The translations under genes were made by a program, and so were the position numbers. A stretch of DNA of 64,000 nt from the human T2T-CHM13v2.0 reference genome, Homo sapiens, in the NCBI RefSeq assembly GCF_009914755.1, contig NC_060934.1; one strand, 5' to 3'. The notes below the pieces were generated by a model. The model worked only from the letters and a program-made list of their open reading frames with translations. It searched no databases and had not been told where the DNA came from. Below, in pieces: positions 22,377 through 37,842 of the stretch (the first letter of the stretch is position 1; each line of letters starts with the position of its first letter).

Positions 22377-22671
22377 GTTTTTTTTTTTTTTTTTTTGATG
22401 GAGTCTCACTGTGTTACCCAGGCTGGAGTGCAATGGTGCAATCTGAGCTCCCTGCAAGCTTTACCTCCTGGGTTCATGCCATTCTCCTGTCTCAGCCTCC
22501 TGAGTACTTGGGACTACAGGCTCCTGCCACTACACCCAGCTAATTTTTTGCAGTTTTAGTAGAGACTGGGTTTCACTGTTAGCCAGGATGGTCTCTCTCC
22601 TGACCTCGTGATCAGCCAGCCTCAGCCTCCCAAAGTGCTGGGATTACAGGCATGAGCCTCCACGCCTGGCC
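22377..22671 (-). mobile_element. Alu (AluY-like) inserted in alpha satellite
   Basis: Y-type diagnostics (gcaagct, ttcatgccattctc, ttagccaggatggtct, gacctcgtgatc). TSD CTTATTTCTAGTT (22364-22376) / CTTTTTTCTAGTT (22672-22684). Confidence 0.93.
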
Positions 22672-25600
22672 CTTTTTTCTAGTTTTCATCTTCGGATATT
22701 CAGGTTTCCCCGTAGGCTTCACTGAGATTTCAGATGTCCCTTCACAGATTCTCCAAAAAGAGTGTTTCCATCCTGCTGAATTAAATGAAATGTTTATCTC
22801 TGTGAGATGAATCCACTTTACAAAGCAGTTTCACAGATAGCTTATTTCTATTTTTTTCTGGCAATATTAATTTTTTCCCCATAGACCTCAATGGGCTCCC
22901 AAATGTCCCTTCGATGTTCTGCATAAAGAGTGTTTCCAAACAGCTGAACCAAAGGAAAACTTGAATTCTGTCACATGAGTCTATACGTCAAAATGTAGTT
23001 TCACAGAGAGCTTCTTTCCAGTTTTTATCTGGGAATATTTGGTTTTTCGCCATAGTCCTCAAACGGATCATAAATGCCTCTTTGCTGATCCTCCAAAAAC
23101 AGTGTTTCCAACCTGCTGAATCAAAAGAAAAATTTAACTCTGTGAGATGAATCTATGTATCACAGTGCAGTTTCCCAGGTAGCTTCTTTCTTGTTTTTAT
23201 CTGGTTATATTTGGTCTTTCCCTATATTGTAAAAGGGCACTTAAAAGTCCCTTTGCAGAGTCTCCAAAAAGAGTGTTTCCAACCTGATGAATTAAATGAA
23301 AGTTTAACCTTTCATGAATCCACTCAACACAAAGCAGTTTCATGGATAACTTCTTTCTAGTTTTTATCTTGGGACATTACGTTTTTACCAATAGGCCTCC
23401 ATGGGCTCTTAAATGTACCTTCCAAGATTCTACAAAAAGTGTGCTTCCAATCTTCTGGATCAAAAGAATGATTTAATGTTATGAGATTTATCCACACATC
23501 ACAAAGCAGTTTCACAGATAGTTTATTTTCTAGGTTGTTATCTGGGGATATTCGCTTTTTACCCATAGGCCTCAAAGGGCTCCCAAATGTCCCTTTGCAG
23601 ATTCAACAACTAGTGTGTTTCCAACCTACTAAATCAAAAGAAAGTTTGAACTCTATGAGATGAATTTACACATCATGAAGCAGTTTCACAGATATTTTCC
23701 TTCTAGTTTTTATCTGGGGATATTTGTTTTTTCTTCATAGTCCTCAAATGTCTCCCAAATATCCCTTAGTAGATTCTAGAAAAAGAGTGTTTTGAATCTG
23801 CAGAATCCAAAGAAAGTTTTAACTCTGTGAGAGGAATCCACACATCACAAAGTATTTTCACAGATAGTGTCTTTCTAGTTTTTAGGTGGGGATATATGGT
23901 TTCAACCCATGGGCCTCAAAGGGCTGCCAAATATTCCTCCACAGATTCTCCAAAAAAAAGTTTTTTCAACCTGCTGAATCAAAAGAGGTTTCACTTTGAG
24001 AGATGCATCCACACATCACAAAGTAGTTTCACAGTTAGCTTCTTTCTAGTTTTTATCTGGGTATATTCTGTTTTTCTTCATAGGCCTCAAAGAGCTCCCA
24101 AATATGTCTTCACAGATTCTACAAAAAGAGTGTTTTTAACCTGCTTAATCAAAAGAAAGGTGAAACACTGTGAGATGAATCCACACATCACAAAGCAGTT
24201 TCACAGACAGCTTCTTCTAGTTTTTATCTGGGGATATTTGGCTTTTATCCATACTCCTCATTGAGTTCCCAAATGTTTCTTCACAGATACTCCAAAAAGA
24301 GTGTTTTTAACCTGCTGAATCAACAGAAAGGTTTAAGTTTGTGAGACGAATCCACACATCACAAAACAGTTTCACAGATAGCTTCTTTCTAGTTTTTATC
24401 TGAAGATATTCGGCTTTACCAAATAGACCTCAATGTGCTCCAAGAGGTGCCTTTTCAAGTCCTCCAAAAGATTATTTTCAATCTGCTGTAACAAAAGAAA
24501 TGTTTAACTCTGTGTGATCCATCCACACATTACAACACAGTTTAACAGATAGCTTTTTTCTACTTTTTATCTGGGTATATTCAGTTTTCCCAATAGGTCT
24601 CAATAGTATTCCAAATTTCCCTTCACAAAATCTCCAAAAAGAATGTTTCCAAACTGCTGAATCAAAAGAAAGATTTAACTCTGTAATACAAGTTCACACA
24701 TAACAAAGCAGTTTCACAGAATGCTGCTTTCTGGTTTTTATCTAGGGATATTTGGTTTTTCCCCATAGGCTTCAATGGGGTCCTAAATGTCCCTTTGAAG
24801 ATTATACAAAAAGACTGTTCCCAACCTGCTGAATAAAAAGAAAGGTATAACTCTATGAGATGAAACCACACATCACAAAACATTTTCACAGATAGCTTCT
24901 TTCTAGTTTTTACCTGGGGATATTCTCGTTTTACACATTGGCCACAATGGGCTCCAAAATGTCCTTTCGGACATTCAACAATTAGAGTGTTTCTAACCTG
25001 CTGAATCATAAGAAAGTTTTAACTCTGTGAGATGAATCCACACATCACAAAGTAGTTTCACAGATAGCTTATTTTTAGTTTTTATCTGTGGATATTTGTT
25101 TTTTTTCCAATAGGGTTCAATAGGCTCCCAAATATCCCTTCACAGATTCTATAGAAAGAGTGTTTAAAACCTGTTGAATAAAAACAAAGGTTTAACTCTG
25201 TGAGATGAATCTACACATCACAAAGCAGTTTCACAAATAACTTCTTTCTCGTTTTTACCTGGGGTTATTTGGTTTTTCCTAATAGGCCTCAAAAGGCTCC
25301 GAAATGTGCCTTCACAGATTCTCTAAAGAGAGTGCTTCCCACCTGCTGGGACAAGAGAAAGTTTCATGGTGATATGAATCCACACATCACAAAGCTGTTT
25401 CACAGGGAGATGTTTCCAGTTTTTGTCTCGGGATATTTGTTTTTTTCCCATAGGCCTCAATGGGCTCCCAAATGTCCCATCACAGATTCTGCAAAAAGAA
25501 GAGTATTTCCAACCTTCCGAATCAAAAGAAAGGTTTAACTCTCTGAGATTAATCCACACATCACAAAGAAGTTTCATAGACAACTTTTTTCTCGTTTTTA

Positions 25601-28600
25601 TCTGGGGATGTTCAATTGTTCCCCATAGGACACAAAGGGCTCCAAAATATCCCTTTGCAGATTCTACAAAAAGAGTGTTTCCAACCTGATGTATCAACAG
25701 AATGGCTTAACTCTTTGAGATGAATCCACACATCACAAAGTAGTTTCACAGATGCTTATTTCTAGTTTTTAATCTGGGGATATTCAGTTTTTCCCCAGAG
25801 ACCTCAATGGGCACTGAAATGTCCCTCCACAGATTCTCCAAAAGAAATGTTTCCCACCTTCTGAATCAAAAGAAAATTTTAACTCTGTGAGATGAATCCA
25901 TCTATCACAAAGCAGTTTCACAGATAGATTTTTTTCTAGTTTGTATGTGGGAATATTGTGTTTTTTCCATAGACTGCAAAGGACTTCCAAACGTCCCTTC
26001 ACATATTCTCCAAAATGAGAGTTTCCAACCTACATATGCAAAGGAAAAATTTAACTCTGTGAGGTGAATCCACATCATAAAGGAGTTTCACAGATAGCTT
26101 TTGTCTGGTTTTTATATGGGGTTATTCTGTTTTACTCATAGGCCACAATACATTACAAAATGTCCCTTCACAGATACTCCAAAAAGAGTGTTTCCAGCCT
26201 GCTGAAAGAAATGAAAGGTTTAAGTCTGTGAGGTGAAACCACACGTCACAAAGTATTTTCACAGATAGCTTCTTTCTTGTTTTCTCTGTAGATATTTTGT
26301 TTTACCCCATAGGCCTCAATAGACTCCCAAATGTCCCTTTTCAGATTCTTCAAAAATAGTTTTTCCAACTTGCTGAATAAAAAGAAAGGCTTAACTCTGT
26401 GAGATGCACCCACACATCACAAAGCAGTTTCATAGATAGCTTCTTTCTAGTTTTTATCTTGGGATGTTGGTGTTTTCCCAATAGCCATCAATGGGCTCTC
26501 AAATGTTTATTTGCAGATTCTATGAAAAGAGTGTTTTCAACCTGCTAGATCAAAAGAAACGTTTAACTCTGTTGGATGAATCCACACAATGCAAAGCAGT
26601 TTCACAGAGAGCTTCTTTCTAGTTTTTAATCTGCAGATATTTGGTTTTTCCCTATAGGCCTCAATGGGCTCCAAAATGTACCTTCACAGATTCCACAAAA
26701 ATAGTGTTTACAAATTGTTGAATCAAAAGAAATGTTTAACTCTGTGAGATGAATCTCACATTACAAAACATTTTCATAGATAGCTTCTTTCTAATTTTTA
26801 TGTGGGGATATTCAATTTTTCCCCATGGGCTTCAAAGGGCTCACAAATCTCCTTTTGCAGAGTCTCCAAAAGGAGTGCTTCCAATTTGCTGAGGCAAACG
26901 AAAGCTTTACCACTGTGAGATGAATCCACACATCACAAATCAGTTTCACAGATTGCTTCTTTCTAGTTTTTATACAAAGATATTCAATTTTTCCCCATAG
27001 GCTTCAATGGGCTCAAAAATGTCCCTTCTCAGAGTCTCCAAAAGGACTGTTTCCAATATGTTAAATCAAACGAAAGATTTAACTCTCTGAGATGAATCCA
27101 CATATCACAAAGAAGTTTCATGGATAACTTCTTTCTACTTTTTCTCTGTATATGTTCAGTTTTTCCACATAAGCCTCAATGGGCTTCCAAATGTCCCTTC
27201 CCAGGTTCTCCAAAAAGAGTGTTTCCAACCAGCTGAATCAAAAGAAATGTTTAACTCTGTGATATGAATCCAAACGTTACAAAGCTGATTCACAGGTAGC
27301 TTCTTTCTAGTTTTTATATGGGGATATTCTGTTTTTCCCCATAGGCCACAAACAGCTACAAAAGGTCACTTTGCAGATTCGACAAAAGTGTTTCCAACCT
27401 GCTGGGTCAAATAAAAGGTTTAACACTGTGAGATGAATCCACACATCAAAAAGCAATTTCACAGATAACTTGTTTCTAATTTTTATCTCAAGATATTTTG
27501 TTTCTCCCCATAGGCCTCTATAAACTCCCAAAAGATCCTTCACAGATTCTACAAAAAGAGTGTTTCCCACATGCTGAATCAAAAGAATGGCTAAACTCTG
27601 TGAAATGAACCTGCACATCACAAAGCAATTTCAAAGATGGATTCTTTCTAGTTTTTATCTTGGTTATATTATTTTCCCCATAGATGTCAATGGACTAAAA
27701 AATGTCCCTTCCCAGATACTCCAAAAAGGGTATTTCCCATCTGCTGAATCAACAGACAGGATTAGCTTTGTGAGATGAATTCACACATCACAAAGGGTTT
27801 CAAAGGAAGCTTTTTTCTAGTTTCTATATTAGGATATTTTGTTTTTCCCCATAGGCTTCAATGGGCTCCCAAATGTCCCTTTGCAGATTCCACAAAAAGA
27901 TTGTTTCCAACTTCCTAGATTAAAAGAAAAATTTAAATTTGTGAAATCAATCCACACATCATGAAGAGGTTTCACATATACTTTCTTTCTACTTTTTATC
28001 TGGGGATATTCAGGTTTTTTCCAGAGGACTCACAGGACCCCCAAATGTCTTTTCATGGATTATTTAAAAAGAGTATTTTCAACTTACTGAATCAGAAGAA
28101 AGGTTTTCATCTATGGGATGATTTTACACATCCCAGAGAATTTTCACAGCTAGCTTCTTTCTAGTTTTTATCTGAAGATATTTGGTTTTTCCCATAGGCC
28201 TCCATAGGATCCTAAATGTCCTTATGCAGATTCTCCAAAAACAGTGTTTCCAACCTCCTGAATCAAAAGAAATTTTAACTCAGTGAGATAAATGCACATA
28301 TCAAAAAGCAGTTTCACAGATAGCTTCTTTCTGGTTTTTATCTTGGAATATATGGTTTTGCCCCAGAGGCTACAAGGCTTTCAAATGTCCTTTTGCAGAT
28401 TATCCAAAAAGAGTGTTTCTAAGCTGCTGAATCAAAAGAAAGTTTTAACTCTGTGAGATGAATCCACACCACAAAGCAATTTCACCGATAGCTTCATACT
28501 ACTTTTCATTTGAGGATAATCTGTTTTTCCCCATAGGCCTTGATGGCCTGGGAACTGTCCCTTCACAAATTCTACAAAAAGAGTTTCCAACTTGCTGAAT

Positions 28601-31600
28601 CAAAAGAAAGTTATAACTCTGTGAGATAAATCCACCTATCACAAAGGTCTTTAACAGATAGCTTCTTTCTGCTTTTTATCTTGGGATATACAGTTTGCCC
28701 CATAGGCCACAGGGCTCCCAAATGTCCTTTTGCAGATTCTCCAAAAAGAGCGTTTCCAAACTGCTGAATCAAAAAAAAGGTTTAATTCTGTGAGATGAAT
28801 TCATACATCACAAAGGGGTTTCACAGATAGCTTCTTTCTAGTTTTTATTTGAGGATATGTGGTCCTTCCTCAAAGGCCTCAATGGGTTCCCAAATGTCCC
28901 TTTGCAGATGCTACAAAAAACATATTTTCAACCTGCTGAACCAAAAAAAAAATGCTTAACTCTGTGAGATGAGTGCATAGATCACAAAGCAGTTTCAAAT
29001 ACAGATTCTTTTTAGTCTTTATCTAGGAATATTCACTTTTTCCACATAGGCCTCAATTGGCTCACAAATTTTCCTTTACAGATTATCCAAAGAGAATATT
29101 TGCAACCTGCTGAAACAAATAAAGGTTTACTCTGTGAGATAAATCCACACATCACAAAGCATTTTAACAGAAAGATTATTTTTAGTGTTTATATGGGATT
29201 ATTTGGTTTTTCTCCATAGGCCTCAAAGGGCTCCCAAATGTCCTTTCACAATTTGTACAAAAAGAGTGTTTCCAACCTGCTGAATCAAAAGAAAACTTTT
29301 ACTCTCTGAGGCTAATCCACATATCAGAAAGCAGTTTCTCAGATAGCCTCTTTCTGTTTTTTTTTTTTCTGGGGATTTTTGGTTTTTCCCCTTAGGCCTC
29401 AGTGGGCTTCCAAATACTCCTTTGCAGATTCTCCAGTTAGAGTCTTTCCAACCTGCTGAATCAAAAGAAAGTTTTAATTCTTTGTGATTAATTCTTTAAT
29501 CCACATGTCACAAAGCCATTTCACACATAGCTTCTTTCTTGTTTTTATCTTGGGATATTAAGTTTTTCCCCATAGGCCTCAATGGTGTCCTAAATGTCAC
29601 CTTGCAGATTCTGTAAATAGAGTGTTCCAACCTGCTGAAACAAAAGAAAGGTTTAACTCTGAGATGAATTTACACATCACAAAGCAGTTTCACAGATAGC
29701 TTCTTTCTGGTTTTTTATCAGGAGATACATGGTTTTTCTCCATAGTCCTTAATGTGTTCCCAAATGCCCCTTCTCAGTTTATCCAAAAAGAGTGTTTCCA
29801 ACCTACTGGATCAAAGAAAGGTTTATCTCTGTGAGATGAATCCACACAACACAAAGCAGTTTAACAGATAGCTTCTTCCTAGTTTTTAATCTGAGGATAT
29901 TTGATTTTTACTTATAGGCCTTATTAGGCTCCCAAATGTCTTTTCTCAGATTCTACAAAAGCAGCGTTTCCAACCTTCTGAATCAAAGAAAATTATAACT
30001 CTGTGAGATGAATCCACACATCACATAGCAGTTTCACAGATAACTTTTTTTTAGTTTTTGTCTGGGGATATTCGGTTTTTTCCCTTAGGCAAGAATGAGC
30101 TACCAAATGTCCTTACACAGATTCCCCAAAAAGAAAGTTTACAAACTGCTGAATAAAAAAAAAAATGTTCACCTCTGTTAGAGGAATCTACAGGTCACAA
30201 AGTAGTTTCACAAATAGCTCCTTTCTAGTTTTTATTTGGGGATATTGTCTTTTTCCCCATAGGCCTCAATGGCCTGTGAAATGTCCCTTCACAGATTCTA
30301 CAAAAAGAGAGTTTCCAAATTCTGTGAGATGAATCCACACATCACAAAGTAGTTTCACAGCTAGCTTCTTTCTAGTTTATATCTAGGGATATTCAGTTTT
30401 CTTTCTTAGGCCTCAATGGGTTCTGAAACGTGCCTTTGCTGAGACTCCAAAATGTGTGGTTCCAATCTGCTGAATCAACAGCAAGGTTTAACTCTGTGAG
30501 ATGAATTCACACACCACAAAGCTGTTTCACAGAAAGCTTCTTTATAGTTTTTTTTTTTTTTCTGGGGATATTCTGTTTTTTCCCATAGGCCTCAATGGGC
30601 TCCCAAATGTCCCTTCACAGAATATCCAAAAAGAGTATTACCAACCTGCTGAATCAAATGAAAGCTTTAACACTGTGAGATGAGTCCAGCATCACAAAGC
30701 TGTTTTACAGATAGATTCTTTCTTGTTTTTATCTTGAGATATTCTGTTTTTCCCCATAAACTCTATGGGATACCAAATGTTCCTTTGCAGATTCTAAAAA
30801 AAGAGTGTTTCCAACCTGCTCAAAGGAAAGAAAGTTTTAAGTCTGTGAGATGAATCCACACATCACAAAGGAGTTTCACAGATAGCTTCTTCCTAATTTT
30901 TATCTGGGGATATTCCATTTGTCCCCATAGCCCTCAATGCTCTCCCAAATGTCTGTTCGCAGTTTCTACCAAAAGAGTGTTTCCAAACTGCTGTATCTAA
31001 AGAAAAGTTTAACTTCATGAGATGAATCCACACATCACAAAGCATTTTCACACATAACTTCTTTGTAGTTTTTATTTGTGGATGTTCGGTTTTTCTCCAT
31101 AGACCTCAAAGGACTCTCAAATATCCCTTTGCAGATTCTCCCAAAAGAGTGTTTCCAACCTGATGTTTCACAAGAAAACTTTAAATCAAGAGCTGAATCC
31201 AAATATCACAAAGCAGTTTTGGAGGTAGCATCTTTCTTCCTATTATCTGTGGATACTTCTTTTTTTCTTATCAGCCTCAATGGGCTCCCAAATATCCCTT
31301 CACAAATTCTACAAAAAGATTGTTTAAAACCTTTTGAATAAGAAGAAAAGTTTCACACTGTGAGATGAATCCATATATTACAAATCAGTTTCACAGATAG
31401 CTTCATTCTAGTTTCTATCTGGGAAAATTTGGTGTTTCCCCAAAAGCCTCAGTGGGCTCCCAAATGTTTCTTCACAGATTCTCCAAAATGATTGTTTACA
31501 ATCTGATGAATCAAAAGAAAGTTTTACCTCTGTGAGATGAATCCACACATCACAAAGCTGTTTCAGAGATTAATTCTTTCTAGTTTCAATATAGGGATAT

Positions 31601-32725
31601 TCTGTTATTTCCCACAGTCCTCAAAGGTTTCACAAGTTTCCCTTTGCAGATTCTCCAAAAAGAGTGTTTTCAATGCTGAATAAAAGAAAGGTTTAAGTCA
31701 GTGAGTTGAATCCACACATCAACAAGCAGTTTAACAGATAGCTTCTTTCTAGTATTTATCTGGGGATAATCCATTTTTCCCCTTAAGCCCCAATGGGCAT
31801 CCAATTGTCCCTTAGCAGATTCTCCAAAAAGAGTGTTTAGAGGCTGATGAAAGAAAAGAAATATTTATATCTGAGATCAATCCACACATCGCAATGCTGT
31901 TTCACAGATAGTTTCTTTGTAGTTTTTACCTAGGATTATTCAGTTTCTCCCCATAGGCCCCAATGGGCTCCCAAATATCGCTTTGCAGATTCCACAAAAG
32001 GAGTGTTTCCAGCCTGCTGAATCAGCACAAAAATTTGCAGTGTGAGAAGAATCCACACATCACAAAGCAGTTTCACAGATACCTAATTTCTAGTTTTTAT
32101 CTGGAGATATTCAGTATTTCCCCATAGGCCTATTTCAGTGCCCAAATTTCCCTTCACAGATTCTACAAACAGAATGTTTCCAAACTGTTGAATAAATACA
32201 ACAGTTTAACTCTCTGATATGTATCCAGCAATCATAAAGCACCTTCACAGTAACTTTCTTAGACCCCAATGGGCTCTAAAATGTCCCTTCACAGAGCCTC
32301 CAAAAAGTGGTTTTCCAATCTGCCGAATCATCAGGAAGGTTTAACTCTGTGAGATGAATCCACACATCACAAAGGAGTTTTTGGAAATATGTTTCTAGCT
32401 TTTATATGTGAATATTCCATTTTCTCCACTCTCCTTAATGATCTCCAAAATGTCCCATTTCATATTCTACAAAAAGAGTGTTTCCAACCCACAGAATCAA
32501 AAGAAATTTTAAACTCTGTAAGATGAATTCACACATCACAAAGCAGTTTCACAGGTAGATTCTTTCTAGTTTTTATATGGGGGATATTTGGCTTTACTCC
32601 TTTGGCCTCAATGGGCTTCCACGTGTCCCGTCAGAGATTCTCCAATCAGCGTGTTTTCAACCTACTGAATCAAGAGAAACGTTTACCTATGTGAGATGAA
32701 TCGACATATCAAAAAGCAGATTCTC
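22672..32725 (-). repeat. Monomeric alpha satellite, type A
   Basis: About 59 diverged monomers with type A diagnostics and occasional deleted monomers. Confidence 0.96.
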
Positions 32726-32883
32726 TTTATCCAATTTGCCAGTCTGTGTCTTTTAATTGGAGTATTTAGTCCATTTACATTTAAAGTTAATATTGTTATG
32801 TGTGAATTTGATCCTGTCATTATGATGTTAGCTGGTTATTTTGCTCGTTAGTTGACGCAGTTTCTTCCTAGCCTCGATGGTCC

Positions 32884-33897
32884 TTACAATTTGGCATGAT
32901 TTTGCAGTGGCTGGTACCGGTTGTTCCTTTCTATGTCTAGAGCTTCCTTCAGGAGCTCTTTTAGGGCAGGCCTGGTGGTGACAAAATCTCTCAGCATTTG
33001 CTTGTCTGTAAAGTATTTTATTTCTCCTTCACTTATGAAGCTTAGTTTGGCTGGATATTAAATTCTGGGTTGAAAATTCTTTTCTTTAAGAATGTTGAAT
33101 ATTGGCCCCCACTCTCTTCTGGCTTGTAGAGATTCTGCCGAGAGATCCGCTGTTAGTCTGATGGGCTTCCCTTTGAGGGTAACCCGACCTTTCTCTCTGG
33201 CTGCCCTTAACATTTTTTTCTTCATTTCAACTTTGGTGAATCTGACAATTATGTATCTTGGAGTTGCTCCTCTCGAGGAGTATCTTTGTGGTGTTATCTG
33301 TTTTTCCTGAATCTGAATGTTGGCTACCTTGCTAGATTGGGGAAGTTCTCCTGGATAATATCCTGCAGAGTGTTTTCAACCTTGGTTCCATTCTCCCGGT
33401 CACTTTCAGGTACACCAATCAGACGTAGATTTGGTCTTTTCACATAGTCCCATATTTCTTGGAGGCTTTGTTCATTTCTTTGTATTCTTTTTTCTCTAAA
33501 CTTCTCTTCTCGCTTCATTTCATTCATTTCATCTTCCATCACTGATACCCTTACTTCCAGTTGATTGCATTGGCTCCTGAGGCTCCTGCATTCTTCACGT
33601 AGTTCTCAAGCCTTGGCTTTCAGCTCCATAAGCTCTTTTAGGCACTTCTCTGTATTGGTTATTGTAGTTATACATTTGTCTAAATTTTTTTCAAAGTTTT
33701 TAACTTCTTTGCCTTTGGTTTGAATTTCCTCCTGTAGCTCAGAGTAGTTTGACCATCTGAAAGCTTCTTGTCTCAACTCATCGAAGTCATTCTCCATCCA
33801 GCTTTGTTCCATTGCTGGTAAGGAACTGCATTCCTTTGGAGGAGGAGAGGCCCTCTGCTTTTTGGAGTTTCCAGTTTTTCTGCTCTGTTTTCCCCAT
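32884..33897 (-). pseudogene. L1 ORF1 remnant in inverted segment
   Basis: ORFs 33606-33812 (MEQSWMENDFDELR) and 33324-33542 (EQSLQEIWDYVKRPNLRLIGVPE); internal stops. Confidence 0.9.
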
Positions 33898-33918
33898 CTT
33901 TGTGGTTTTATCTATTTT

Positions 33919-37482
<3,564 letters not shown>

Positions 37483-37842
37483 TGAAATTGGAAATCATCA
37501 TTCTCAGTAAACTATCACAAGGACAAAAAAACCAAACACCCCATATTCTCACTCATAGGTGGGACTTGAACAATAAGAACACATGGACACAGGAAGGGGA
37601 ACATCACACTCTGGGGACTGTTGTCGGGGGGGGGTGGGGGTACGGATAGCTTTAGGAGATATACCTAATGTTAAATGATGAGTTAATGGGTTGCAGCACA
37701 CCAGCATGGCACATGTATACATATGTAACTAACCTGTACATTGTGCACAGGTACCCTAAAACTTAAAGTATAATAATAATAAAATAAAAAAAAAATTCCA
37801 TCTCAAAAGCATAAATAAATAAAATAAATAAATAGAAAAAAA

